From assembly GCF_006345805.1 (NCBI RefSeq), contig NC_043001.1:105090001-105154000 (forward strand): a stretch of 64,000 nucleotides of DNA, read 5' to 3'. This stretch comes from Octopus sinensis. Lineage: Eukaryota. Made by a program: the position numbers and the translations under genes. Below, in pieces: positions 24,106 to 37,771 of this stretch (the first letter of the stretch is position 1; each line of letters starts with the position of its first letter). Under the pieces are notes generated by a model. That model saw only the letters and a list, made by a program, of their open reading frames with translations. It ran no database searches and was not told the DNA's origin.

Positions 24106-24582
24106 TTGCATATCAGTTTTATTTTGCAAATAACTCTCTCTTTTTCTCGCCCGCTCACTCATAAACACATTCATAATCACACACGTATCTTCATATTAAT
24201 GCGAGCACTGTCAAAAGTGATGTGCTATTTCGACGACAAGGATTTTCACTTTGGATTTCAAACAATTTATGTTGTGAATGCGTTATTCTTATATATACAT
24301 TCACGTATTATATTTGGAAAATGTCTGAATTACAATTTATAACTTTCTAGAATAGAAAATCTCTCAGCACTTGTTGTTGTGAATGGAATTATTTCCCATT
24401 TACGTTACACGTTGAAACAGAAAATATATCACGTCTGATAAGTTGCTGAACAATTACAAATCTCAGATTTCCACTGTATTTCAATATCAGCCACATATCA
24501 AGTATGGCGATTCTACTTGAGTCTGAAACGCGCTTGATATATTACAAAGAAATGCAAATTAGCATACAATGTTTCAAACCCA

Positions 24583-24755
24583 GAGGCGCAGGATTGGCTG
24601 TGTGGTAAGTAGCTTGCTAACCAACCACATGGTTCCGGGTTCAGTCCCACTGCGTGGCATCTTGGGCAAGTGTCTTCTGCTATAGCCCTGGGCCGACCAA
24701 TGCCTTGTGAGTGGATTTGGTAGATGGAAACTGAAAGAAGCCTGTCGTATATATG

Positions 24756-24817
<62 letters not shown>

Positions 24818-25020
24818 TGTTTGTCCCCCTAGCATTGCTTGACAACCGATGCTGGTGTGTTTACGTCCCCGTCACTTAACGGTTCGGCAAAAGAGACCGA
24901 TAGAATAAGTACTAGGCTTACAAAGAATAAATCCTGGGGTCGATTTGCTCGACTAAAGGTGGTGCTCCAGCATGGCCGCAGTCAAATGACTGAAACAAGT
25001 AAAAGAATAAAAGAGTAAAG
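24583..25020 (+). mobile_element. SINE family A, full-length and well preserved
   Basis: GGCGCAGGATTGGCTGTGTGGTAAG (A-box-like), GGTTCAGTCCC (B-box-like), internal (TA)n(GT)n, tail GACTGAAACAAGTAAAAGAATAAAAGAG. Confidence 0.92.
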
Positions 25021-25974
25021 AGAGCTATTTAAGGACACCTGCGTCAACAGTGAATGTTGCGTCTCTGACCTCATTCCAATTAAAATATTCGTGTTTTGTT
25101 ACCACTCAATAACGAACGGATTGCAGCAACATCACTAAGCAAATACAGACGCGTCTACCCCAATGAAAACGATGTAAATGTTTGTATTAACAGACGCAAT
25201 AAACAGAACGTTAACAGCAAATTAGAAATTAATATATAAGACTAGAAAAATATTTCCTTCGATTAATTTGCTTAACCTGTATACACTTATCTTTCTGATA
25301 TATTTATTATTGTAAAGAAACTTAAGACCAGTTCAAATATATCTGAGAGGTACTGGAATTCGTAAGAGTATTTTCATTGAAGTTTGTCAGGGAGAGAATG
25401 TCTTCTACAAGACAAAGAAATGGTTTTACATAGCGCCCTCTATCGGGCAGATGGAATATTTTTGAAGGCATTTAGTTGTTCCTCAGCACCAGATATCAAA
25501 GAAAGGAAAATCTGGCTTTGTTATAATCGAAGTTTCCATTATAAGAAATCTGTTCATTGAGTGACTGCGCAGTTTGACCGCCATTCTGGAACCAGGTTGT
25601 GAGTAGATGCGCCATCTTCTCGCTGAGAATAAACAAAGGAAGCTTCGTGCGCATGTACAAAGATGTACGTTTTCTAGCTATCCATCTGTCTATCCGCCCG
25701 TCTCTTTGATTGTCTGTCTTTCTGTCCGTCCGTCCATGTGTCTCTCTGTCTGTCGATCCGCCCGTCCACTCGCCCGTTAGTCGTTCAATCTATCCGTCTA
25801 AATGTCTGTCTCCCAATCTTTTCATTCAGCCATCTATCTCTCCTTCCCTTCATCCATCCACATTATCCATAAATCCAAATCCGTCCGTCCTCTGCGCGCG
25901 CGCATCTGTCTGCCTGTCAGTCTGTCCCCCTATCTATCTCTGTTTATCGTTTTTCTTCTGATTATTTTCATCAT

Positions 25975-26340
25975 TAGACAGCAGCCATGCTGGAACATCG
26001 CCTCGAAGAATTTTAGCCAAATGAATCGATCCTGATACGTATTTATTTAAAGCCTGTTCTACCTATTCTATAGTTCTCTTTTATCGAACAGCTAGATTAT
26101 CACGGGATGTAGACACGCCAACACCGGTTGTCAAGAGCTGATAGGGACAAGCGCACACACGCACGTACACACGCACATACACATACAAGGTGGACTTATT
26201 TCAGTCTCCGTCCATCAAATTCACTCACAAGACTTTTGTCGGCACTAGGGTGTGGTAGGAGATACTTGCCCAAAATGTCACGCTGGTACTGGGCCCAGGA
26301 CTATGTAATTGCGAAGCAAACTCCTTAGCACACAACTACC
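25975..26340 (-). mobile_element. SINE family A (diverged)
   Basis: CAGCCATGCTGGAACATCGCC..ACCGGTTGTCAAG..CACTCACAAGAC..TTGCCCAAAATGTCACGC. Confidence 0.65.
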
Positions 26341-26355
26341 CCTATACACACACAC

Positions 26356-26394
<39 letters not shown>

Positions 26395-27405
26395 ACACAC
26401 ACACAACCGCAACGATAAGGTGTAATCAGTGGTCACCAATGTAACAGTAATGATATTCGATGCAGTCGTGGGTCGCCAATGTTGTACAACTTGCGAAGGT
26501 GAAGTTGTACAACTTGAGACACACCGTCATCCATTCGATATTTATTTTCCAATCATTCTTGACTGAACAGATAAAAGTCACAACTATAGTAGCAACCGTT
26601 CTAGAAAATTCCAATAGTCTACCTGGTAACATACAGTCTAACGATTTCTTTTTCTGGCGTTAGTTTATGATCTGAGATATTACGGTGAGCCTCGTTGTTA
26701 CTCAAATAGATGAGATGAAAGAGACAGATTCTGTGACATAAATAATTCTAAAAAAATGCTTATATAATTCTATGTAGGCACGTGTACAGTCACGCGCCTG
26801 TATATCTATTGTACATGAATACATTTACATTTATGTGGGTGGGTTTATGCATTGCGTATGCTTTAAGGTATGGATGGAGTGAATGAAACATTCACATTCT
26901 ATGATTAACATTCGAAGACAAATATACACAGAAAAGCCGTAGGGAAAGACATAGTGACTAGAACCAGCAGATTATCGGCGCGCAAGAAGTCCAGGGACTC
27001 TTTTGTTCGTATGGATGAAGTAGCTATGCATGTAAGTGAGAATGAATATAAATATTCATATACCCACACACACACACTCACACACGATGTATTATATAAA
27101 GGCGCAGGTGTAAGAAGATTGCTTCCCAACCACATGGTTCCTGTCTCTCTCTTTTTTCTCGCCACCCCTTGATTCTTCTATCTACACTCTCTCTCGCTCG
27201 TTCTCTCTTCCCCCTTAATCCCTTTGTTCTTCTTTTTCTCTCTATTCTCTTCTCACGTGACCGATGGCCGACTGTTAGCCCATTTGCTTTTGACCACGGT
27301 TGCTGTCACATCGATAAGCTTCCTCTGACTTAAGGCTTAATTCCCTACACGCCAGCTGAATTCATTTCTTCTCCAGTTGAAAGACGCCTGTTGTTATGTC
27401 CTGTG

Positions 27406-27430
27406 ATTATTATTATTATTATTATTATTA

Positions 27431-27472
<42 letters not shown>
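27406..27472. repeat. (ATT)n microsatellite at the 3' end of R4/Dong copy 2
   Basis: Direct reading. Confidence 0.95.
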
Positions 27473-27476
<4 letters not shown>

Positions 27477-30003
27477 TAGTTTTATTTTTATAGCGTGCTT
27501 TCATTTCACTACCGAGCGCAGCTCTGTGTGCCTTAGGTATGTGCTGTGATTTGTTGTGATGCTCTGATGGTTATTGTATGGAAAGTGTTCTGCGTAGGAT
27601 GTGTGCAGTGCCTAGTAGTGCAATTTTCTGTATGCTATATGTGTTTGTAAGTCCTGGTGTTTTTGTTATGTATTTGTCTAAATATTTTTTTATCATGCCT
27701 AATGCACCTACTATGATAGGAATTGTTTCTGTTTTTAGATTCCACATTCTAGTTACCTCTATTTCCAGGTCTTTGTATTTTGAAAGTTTCTCCATTTCTT
27801 TTAGAGACACGTTGTCATCTGCCGGTATTGATACATCAATTAGAAAGCATTTTTTTTCTTCATGATCTCTGACAACTATATCTGGTCTGTTGGCCTTAAT
27901 TTCTCTATCTGTGTGTATCGGCATATCCCAGAGTATGGTTGCTTTCTCGTTTTCTGTGACCTTTTCTGGCGTGTGCCTATACCATCTTTTTTCTGTTGTT
28001 ATCTATAATGTTGACATAGCTTCCAATGTATGTAGGTTCCAACTCTGTCATGTCTGTGAATATATTCCTTCTTAGCCAGGACTGGGCAGCGAGAGATAAT
28101 ATGATTTATTGTTTCTTGTCCATCTCCACATATTCTGCAGTTATTTGTTATATTTCTTTTCATTACATGTTTTTGGTAATTTCTGGTGGGGAGGCTTTGG
28201 TCTTGTGCTGCAATTAAAAATCCCTCTGTCTCTGCTTTGAGTCCCGAGCTTCTCAACCATTGCTGGGATTTTTGTTTGTCTATTTCTTTTGCGTTTAGTT
28301 TAGTGCAGTATTTACCATGAAGGGGTTTTTCTTGCCATCGTTTTATCATGGCTCGTTGCTGTTCTATTTTTAGTTTGGATTTCATTTGTTTTATAGTTTT
28401 TGTTGCTTCTTCTTCTCTTCTTCTTCTTCTTCTTCTTCTTCTTCTTCTTCTTCTTCTTCTTCTTCTTCTTCTTCTTCTTCTTCTTCTTCTTCGTCTTCTT
28501 CTTCATATTTATTAGGTGGTATGATTTCTTGTTTGTATTTGTCAGCTTCCTTAAATACTGAGAACAGTTTTTTGTTTTGCTCGTGTTTTGCCGCTATTTC
28601 TATCAGTTTTCCTTCCTTCTGAAGTAGATATTTTTGCAGTCCTATGGTGGTTATTTTATAGTAGTTTTCCAGCTGTATAAGGCCTCTACCACCTTCTATA
28701 CGTTGTATATATAGTCTTTCTATGTCAGATTTTGGGTGATGCATCCTAGATCCTGTCATTATTTTCTTGTTTTCCTATCTATTTTGGTCAGTTCATTTAG
28801 TGTCCAGTTAAGGATATTGTAGCTGTAACTTATAACTGGGACAGCTAAAGTGTTAATACCTATTATCTTGTTTTTAGCATTGAGCTCTGTTTTTAGTATT
28901 GATCTAACTCATCTATAATATTCTTTTTTATTTTCTCTTTCATTTGTGTGTGTTGTGTCTTATCTAGTTCATGGATTCCCAAGTATTTGTAAGTTTGGCT
29001 TTGGTCTAATTCTTTTATTTTTTTGGTTTTATTTAGTGTGATGTTGCTACTCTTAACTAGTTTTCCTCTTTTCATGGTTACTTTGGTGCAGTTTTCTAAT
29101 CCAAATTTCATATCTATTTCTTTGGTAGATACATGAACTGTCTTTAATAGTGTTTCCAGCTGTTTGTCATTTGCAGCGTATAGTTTTAGGTCATCCATAT
29201 ATAAAAGGTGGCTGATCGTTTTGCCGTAACATTTATATCCGCATCCAGTTCTATTTAGCATATCAGATAGAGGTAACAGTGCCAAGCAGAAAAGGAGTGG
29301 AGAGAGCGTGTCTCCCTGGAATATTCCTCTTCTAATGGCTTTGGCTTTCATGAGTCCCTCTTTTGTTTAGAACTGTAGCACTGTGTGCCATTTATTCATA
29401 GAGTGCCCTTTGAATTTTATAATCGTTGGTGCTACTTTGTTAATGACTAGTGTTTCGAGGATCCATGTGTGGGGTATGCTATCAAACGCCTTTTTGTAGT
29501 CGATCCAGGCCATACTGAGGCCTTTCTTCTTTCTGTGGCTGTCTTCAGTTATGGCTTTATTAATCATTAGTTGATCTTTACACCTTTATGAGCCTTTGCG
29601 GCATCCTTTCTGCTCTTCTGGAAACAGGTTGTTTTCGTCCAGGTGCTTGTTCAACCTTTGCAATATCACTGCAGTAAATGCCTTGTACATTGTAGGGAGA
29701 CAGGTTATTGGTCTGTAGTTTTCTGGTTTTGCTGTCTCATTTGATTTGGGAATTAAGATGGTTTTCCCCTTCGTGAGCCATTCAGGCATTGTCTCTGGCT
29801 CTGCTAGTATGCTGTTAAAGTTTTCAGCCAGCTTTTTGTGCATTCCTGTTAGATATTTCAACCAGAAGTTGGGGATCTTGTCATGCCCAGGTGCCCTCCA
29901 GTTGCTTAGTCTTTGCAGTGCCTGGGTGCCCTCTTCAGTCGTTATGGGGGTCCAAAGTTACTCAGATGCTGAGTTTGTTGTTTTAATACTCCTTTTTTTG
30001 CTG
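27473..30003 (-). mobile_element. 5'-truncated R4/Dong copy 2, same family as 11463-15419, with multiple disablements
   Basis: ORF pieces nearly identical to copy 1 (NYRPITCL, WIDYKKAFD, QGDTLSP, YMDD, CRIC, RPDIVVRD..LIDVSIP); same 3' UTR. Homology stops near 30003, equivalent to ~12955 of copy 1. Confidence 0.93.
28406..28505 (-). repeat. Expanded (GAA)n inside the LINE ORF
   Basis: About 100 bp of (CTT)n versus a ~24-bp GAA/GAT tract at 14464-14489 in copy 1. Confidence 0.95.
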
Positions 30004-30613
30004 TATCCAAATTTGAGCGTAATCGGATGGAGCATGCCCGATAACCTAGAAGACACACACACAAACAGAACAGATTTTATATAATGGATCAATTAATTTT
30101 ATTATTTATATATATATACATATGCGATGGGCTTCTTCCAGTTTCCGTCTAACAAATGCATTCATAAGGTTTTGGACTGCTCGAGGTTTTCACTCCCATA
30201 GCACTATAATATCACTTTACACCAGTTTTGTCCATGAATAACCCCCTTAAATACCGACGATCCTTATTACCGTTACTGAGCTTAATTATAAATCTCATTT
30301 TCTTCATTTCCTTCGTAGTTTTCATTTCTCTTAAATCAAAATTCTTCCTCGATCGTCTGTAGCGACGTAAAAACATTTTCAACCAACAATTACCTTTTCA
30401 TCTAATAATTTCATTTTTATAGAAAATTAAATTACTTAATCATCTTTCCAGTTTTAGAGAATCCATTCACTCAGACATTCCAATCTCTTTTTTTTTTTTT
30501 TGCTATAAATTCCATCAACTGAACTAATAAGCTTTCCGCTTGTAAAGTTCGTACAAGGCGAAACGTGATTCGTGATCATTTAAGAGGAATTGTATTCATT
30601 TTCCTGCAGTCCA

Positions 30614-30666
<53 letters not shown>

Positions 30667-31588
30667 ATTGTTGTATGTATATATATCTATATGTATGAAA
30701 GCGTGTAGAGTGAGTGAGAGACGGCATGAGAAAGAGAGTAGAAATGGAATGCGAGGAACGGAAACGGATAACTTTAGCAAACCTATTATAAAATTCAACT
30801 TTATCATTCAATAAATTTTAGCAGTCTCTGGTGATTAGAAATATAATTATTTTAACCATACATCGTTAATAATTCTTGAAAACAGTTGCGTGTATTCTTG
30901 TATCTCTTTTTCCAAATGTCAGAGTCCAAACAATCCTGAATTTATGGTTAAAATGACGCATTTTCAATTTATATCTTCAATAATCATGAATCGTCATATC
31001 AGAATATTTTAAATATTTGAAAATATTGGTTAACAAGACGCATTTAAATTTAAAATGAACGGATACTTATGAGAAAAATATAACAAATATATTTTGACAA
31101 TTTTAATATCATCAGACGTAGACAAAGTTAACGCAGAGAACGTTGGCGGTGATGACGTCATCGATTATTATGTTGATGGTGACGTCATTCGATCATTGTG
31201 TGTATGATAATGAATGTGATATTATTACAGAATAAGTTATTTAATATTTGCTTTCACTGCAACAATTGCACACTGCTGTGCCTTGGATATTTGCATTTTT
31301 TTTATTCTGTTATTACATTCCTGAGATTTCTCTGTGTCATATATGTGCTGTGTTTAAAACTACCACATACTATATTTATCATTATCTCTTTTTATTATCA
31401 CCCCCCAGGTACATTGTCTGTGACGCTTTATAATATTTCTATCATCACTTTTTCTGTAGGTGTTTCATAAAGATGGCAACATTATTTTATTGTGTGTACG
31501 AAACCTCGAATACTGTCTTGTCTGATCATAATTTGTAATACGGCGTTGTCGTGCAGGTTTGAGATCATTATATTGTATATCAGCGTCT

Positions 31589-31895
31589 GTGGAGGCACAT
31601 GGCCTAGTGGTTAGAGCAGCAGACTCGCGGTCGAGGGGTCGCGGGTTCGAATCTCAAACCGGGCGATGTGTGTGTTTATGAGCGAAGCACCTAAACTCCA
31701 CGCGGCTCCGGCAGAAGGTAATGGCGAATCTCTGCTGACTCTTTCGCCACAATTTTCTCTCACTCTGTCCTCCTGCATCTTGCAGCTCATCTGCGACGGA
31801 CCAGCGTCTCGTCCAGGTGGGAAACCTATACGCCAAGGAAACCGGGAAACCGGCCCTTATGAGCCAGGCGTGGCTCGAGAAGGAACAAACAACAA
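31589..31895 (+). mobile_element. SINE family D, full-length
   Basis: GGAGGCACATGGCCTAGTGGTTAGAGCAGC (A box), GGGTTCGAATCTC (B box), tail GGAACAAACAACAA. Confidence 0.9.
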
Positions 31896-32149
31896 ACTAT
31901 CATCGTCTGCTTTAAATAAATTTTGCCAATAACTAACTAATAGCAATATGTGTTTTCTTATACCAAATATCCATGTTTACCTGCGTTTTTAGTGTTGGGA
32001 AACACTTGAACTATCTTCGCTGACTTCGGGAACCCACGCATAAAAGTATTATGCATTCCTTTACCTTTAAAGTTTTGACGAGATATTTGAATAAAAGAAC
32101 AGCAACTTTCAGATTAGACACGTTTTATAAAGCATAATGTCTCCCTGTC

Positions 32150-33050
32150 GAAATGGAATTAGAAGGTATTAAGCATAAGATAGAAAAGTCAGTAGGGGAT
32201 AATGGAAAATCTGAAGTTAATGTAATTGAAAGCAAAAGAGAGACAGGTACACAAGCTATTGCATTGAAGAAGATAATAAGTTGGGGAAAAGCAAAAATGC
32301 AAAATTAGGAATGTGGTGGAATTACCGGAATGACAACATGAGGGAATTATTCGGAAAGGTCTTAAAGTACCCTCAGCAAAATTGAAATGAGATATCTGAA
32401 AACCCTTGAGACTATAATGGTAAAAATGCGAAAGTATTTGAAAATATTTTAGGATATGTTTCAGTTAATTGTCTTCTGGAGATAAATGACCTATGTGAAG
32501 CCGCCGCAGAAGTGGTAGCAACAGATGCTGAAGAAAACCTTAGATGAAAATGACGTATAGCAGATACCATCAAAAGATTAAGAGGGAGTGGATTCTACTA
32601 CAGTGGTGTATGCAAAGGAAGTTGTTAGACGTATAAAAATCCAATGATGGATTACCAGATGTAGGGTGAAGCAGAAAATATTTGACTTATATGTCGGGCA
32701 AAAATGGTATCCCTAACGGGAATGCTGAGGGGATAACAACGGTATGCAACAAATTAATGAAATAGTAATCGTTATCTTTAGATATCAGAGTGAAACATCT
32801 TCGAAATTGGCCAATAAGAAGTAAATTAGGCCAAACGGATTCTAAGAATTTTTACAAAACAGTATTATCACTCACGTAACTATTGAAAAATATGATTCTT
32901 GAATGTCTCTCGAGTGGAATGATCCTACATCGGAAGAATAAGGGTAAAAATTTCCTTTTAAGGAAAGAGTAAGAGAAAAGTGGGGAGGTCCTTAACTACA
33001 GATAGAATAGGTAACTTGTTTAGCTCTATAATAGAAATTAAGATGGAAAC
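32150..33050 (+). pseudogene. Highly decayed R4/Dong-like ORF fragment (pre-RT region)
   Basis: INDLCEAAAEVVA (~32485) resembles LNDLIYAAATAAT; RIADTIKRLR; LGQTDSKNFYKT (~32830) resembles FNSDRKKFYQD. Confidence 0.5.
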
Positions 33051-34077
33051 TTACAGGTAAGATCTAGGCACACTCTATCCACATTGAGTTGAAGACAATA
33101 ATGATGAGGATGATGATAACAATTTATTAGCCACAGCGGCATAACTAACGGAGACAACCCAAGGACAACAACAACAACAATAATAATTAGAGAGATAGAG
33201 AGAGAGAAAGAAGGAGAGAGGAAGAGGAGAGAGTGAGAGAGAGAGGAAGGGGGGAATCCAATATTTTGGTGCTAATAATATTAATTTTGCAAATAGTGCC
33301 GCGAGTTCGTTGAATTGTTACAACGCCGGACAAGATATTTGACAGCTCTAAATTCAAATGCTGCCGAAGTCGACGAAATGTATACCAATTGAATCTTGGG
33401 GACCATATCACCGACTAACTTCCCACCTCAAAACTGCTGTCCTTGTGCCGAAATGTGAAACCAATAATGTTATGTTTGCTAATATTAAAAGTAAGTCTAG
33501 TAATCTGGGAACGACAACAAATTGAACGTACATCGATGGTTTACCTGGCTTCGAGTTCTCAAGTAGAACTTTATGAATATTTAATTTGTTACATTGGCAA
33601 AGGGCCACATATTTGTAGGAAGGAAGTAGACAAGTATAAGCTATTGGTCGAAGCCTAGAAGCTACATGTAGTTCAAATATTCAATGAATATTTTCTGTCT
33701 CTATAAATATTTGTCAGCCTTGAGGTAAATTTCTTTTTACATCAATAATATTATAAAAACCTTTCCTCTCAGTTAGTCTAACATGAATTTATCGATCGCA
33801 AAAAGTCATATTACTAATAAATTACCAGAACAAAAGCCTATCTAACTATATATTTCATAAGAGCTCTTTACATACAATACCAAGTCAAAAAACAAACGCT
33901 GTCGCTGGCGAAGCATAACAAAATGAAATATATTTCTATCGACAAACATTAGATTTGTATATATAAAATCTGAATGATTCCTATCATAAAAACACAAGAT
34001 AACTGATTAGACCAATATAGAAGAGAGAGGAATTTTAATAATTTCAATTTCTGTCAATTAATCAAGCACGTAAACGC

Positions 34078-34079
<2 letters not shown>

Positions 34080-34121
<42 letters not shown>

Positions 34122-34206
34122 GATCACGCACATATATAGACATTTACGAATCTACATATATTTTGTATGTATGTATATATGTATGTGCATATCTACGTAC
34201 ATACTA

Positions 34207-34248
<42 letters not shown>

Positions 34249-34310
34249 CATACATACATGTATACAACATATATGTACATTTATAAATATGTATGTATGT
34301 ATTCATTGTA

Positions 34311-34347
<37 letters not shown>

Positions 34348-34358
34348 CATATATATAT

Positions 34359-34418
<60 letters not shown>

Positions 34419-34455
34419 TATATATACATATATATATATATATAAAGATAGATAG
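34080..34455. repeat. Compound (TA)n/(CATA)n microsatellite
   Basis: Direct reading. Confidence 0.9.
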
Positions 34456-36343
34456 ATAGAATTCTTTGACAAGAATACTATTGTCAGTGACTTCGAAGGG
34501 TCGACATGATTAGCCTTCAGGCTACGGTATATTTCACTTCATATTGGTTGTAAGTTAATATTTTCCAAGGTTGGTAGAGACCCTAAAAACTGATTTCCAT
34601 CGAAGATATATATACGAACCTTAGGTACATATTGTTTGCATACTTAATGCACACACACACACACACACACACGCACGCACATACACACAAATACAAACAC
34701 ACACACACACACACACACAATCCACAGATTAGATCCAGATTTTCAGATAATGAAGTTTTAAGTATACATTTTTATTTTAATAGGTCCAACCTATTATAAT
34801 CCAAGAGTATAAAGAACAGAGAAAATTAAAGTGGTGGAATAAAGATGTTGTTAGTCCAACAGCTCTTTCTGGGATCTCCTAGGTCCATGAAACTGTTGGT
34901 AGATGTAGTGTATCATAATATGTGGCCGTAATGGATATAATCAACCTTGGACAAGACCAGCCTCTCTCATCAAGTTATAAAAGATCTTACATTTCAGATC
35001 TTAATGAAATGAAGTTCAAAGATGGTGGAATGATTAAATCTGGAGAGTTAGCTGTATCAAAGTGGGGGCGGGGGAATAGAAAGCCGATGGGGTTATCCCT
35101 ATATAACTTTAAATGTGTACTTGTACGAAATAGACACACATGCTCTCTCTCCCGTCCTCTCTCTATCTCCTTCTCACAGACACATACACACACATACATA
35201 TATGTACATATCCTCGTCCGCGTCCCTTCATAACGTTGTGGACATACTCGGAGCAAGTTCGTCCTTTATGAAAAAAAAAACCAAACTTAAAATAAAATCG
35301 ATTGTAGTAAATGTTGCATCATGTAAATCAGAGGTAAAATACCTACTGTGTCTTCTTTTTATCACAGATATTAGTAGAACACTGAATATAGGCGAGAAAC
35401 TCTTCTAATATCAAACGTTGAAATATATATGCTCCGCATGTAAGAACTATTAACGCAAAAAGTAAACACTTGTAATATTGTAATCTAAACAAACAAATCG
35501 TATATTTCTTCTGTTCTGTTTTTCTGTTTGATAATTCCTTGTTACAATTCAATAACCTCGTTGTTATTCAATTTTGTTCTTAACTATTTTGTCTCTGAGA
35601 ATACCGAGAAGATTTTTATGGTAAAAACGGCTACAGATTTTCTAGAAACTAGAAGGTATAAATATATCAACACGGAAGAAATAAATAGCATATTTGAAAA
35701 TTCCTTATTATCTTGTTATTTAATACAATATCTAAAACACCACGAGAAAGATTAATGTTTGTGAAAAACCGAAAACAAAATGGATTGTTTGAGTTCACAA
35801 AGAGAATTATAGACAATTATGTACATTTGAAATGGATTGAATATAAATGTAAGGGTCGCTATTTTAGATCTGTAATTATCCGTATCTGTTGCATAAATTT
35901 CAATTATTACTTTTCCTTTGTGTAACATTGATAACGTCATGTATTTAATATTATTTTGCTCTACAGGCGTTACCTCTATGAAGTAAATGTACTGGACATA
36001 AAAAAAGAATTACGGTTAACAATTTTACCATCATTATGATATTTGCTTTTATTTTCCAGCATTGTAAATCCTCAACATATCTCTGAAGGAAGTATTTGGT
36101 AAAGTGAGAATACTTTTGGAAATCCGGATTCTGCTCATTTCCGTGCTTGCCGGTTCTGATGATGGGTGCACTTGAAGACTTTATAACTTTAAGTATTTGC
36201 TTTTATTTTACTTCCCCTCAACGTTACATCAAACGACAATTAAAGAAGCCATGTTGACTAAGTACCTAATATACATACATACATACATACATACGCACGT
36301 ACATACATTGATATATATGTACGTATGCATATATGTATTTCTT

Positions 36344-36398
<55 letters not shown>

Positions 36399-36406
<8 letters not shown>

Positions 36407-36569
36407 AATTCAAAATGTGACCGCGTGTGTATAGTTGGCGATTTTTTCCTTCCTTTCCTTGGATCTTTCCTTTTCCTGTGTTTCTGGGGTCCAATAACAC
36501 TATACTTGTTCCATGTCCTCGCGTTGTTGTGTTTTCCCTTTGTGTTTTCATGCTTGGATTAACTTTATA

Positions 36570-36620
<51 letters not shown>

Positions 36621-36780
36621 AATTCAAAATGTGACCGCGTGTGTATAGTTGGCGATTTTTTCCTTCCTTTCCTTGGATCTTTCCTTTTCCTGTGTTTCTG
36701 GGGTCCAATAACACTATACTTGTTCCATGTCCTCGCGTTGTTGTGTTTTCCCTTTGTGTTTTCATGCTTGGATTAACTTT
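36399..36780. repeat. Tandem duplication of a ~165-bp unique unit separated by (TA)n
   Basis: 36399-36567 and 36613-36781 read identically (GTATGTAAATTCAAAATGTGACCGCG..GGATTAACTTTAT). Confidence 0.9.
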
Positions 36781-37176
36781 ATATATATATATATATACAA
36801 AGACCTGGAACCCACAAGAGTAAACAAGAGAGACAGAGACAGGCAGAAAAAGGAAAATGCCTCCTGTATTTGAATATTATGCAAATATTCTTTTAAAAAT
36901 CTTTTTATTTAATTTTTCCGAAATTTAATTTTTCCCAAAATTAGTTATTTTCCATATATAGAATTGAAAAGGTTTTAATGACCAAAACCAGTATTGAAAT
37001 GTCTTTTCTAAAAATATTTTAACATTTTCTACCTTGAAATTTTTTTACACACACACAAACACACACACACTCACACAAATATGTATGTATATGTATATAT
37101 ATATATAAAACACACATACACCCACACACCTACACACCCACACAAAAACATGCACACACACGCATATATATATATA

Positions 37177-37342
37177 CTCGCAAGCGTGGCTCTGTGGTGA
37201 GAACCTTGCTACCCAAGCACTTTGTATCGGGTTCAGTCCCACAGCGAGGAAACTTCAGGAAGTGTTTCTAATATAGGCTCGGGCCAACCAAAACCTTAAG
37301 AATGGATTTGGTAGAGAGAAGCTGAAAGAATCCCGTCATATA

Positions 37343-37345
<3 letters not shown>
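37177..37345 (+). mobile_element. SINE family A, 5' half
   Basis: GCGTGGCTCTGTGGTGAGAACC..GGGTTCAGTCCCACAGCG..GGATTTGGTAGA..GAAAGAATCCCGTC. Confidence 0.7.
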
Positions 37346-37405
<60 letters not shown>

Positions 37406-37694
37406 TTATTTATAACAATGTGTAAAATTAATTAATTAATTAATAACTAATAACTTTACCAAGTAGTTCGGTATGTTAAAAGAACCATTACAGGAAAACG
37501 TATACAAAAATTCTATAATTATGAGCATCATTATAATTAAGGTTCAGCAAAATTTGCTTCACCACATACCGAAATTTAGAAATAGCAGTTAAAATCTACT
37601 ATTTTCCTATTATAAGTTATCTCCCAGACAGCGATACTCAACAACTCACGCAGGTAAAGAGAAAAAAATAACGAATCCACTCGGTTCTGATAAA

Positions 37695-37771
37695 CTGTAT
37701 ACGCGTTTCGGAGTTAGAGAGACGTGAAAAATGTAGAATCATTTTGCTATTCACTCTCCTCATCAGTACAG
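37695..37771 (-). ncRNA. Minimal type I hammerhead ribozyme, canonical core
   Basis: Minus: CTGTA CTGATGA GGAG..(42 nt)..CTCC GAA AC GC GT A TACAG. Stem I 5 bp perfect, stem II base GGAG/CTCC, palindromic stem III ACGCGT, GUA cleavage triplet. Confidence 0.8.

Noticed and set aside
27280-27400. GGCTAA-containing HDV-like fold on the minus strand
   Set aside because: No consistent P1/P2/P3 pairing.
36083-36185. Two CTGANGA motifs, one followed by the hairpin AGTATT/AATACT and GAAAATCCGGATT
   Set aside because: Extra bases before GAAA and no stem I pairing; at best a very decayed remnant.
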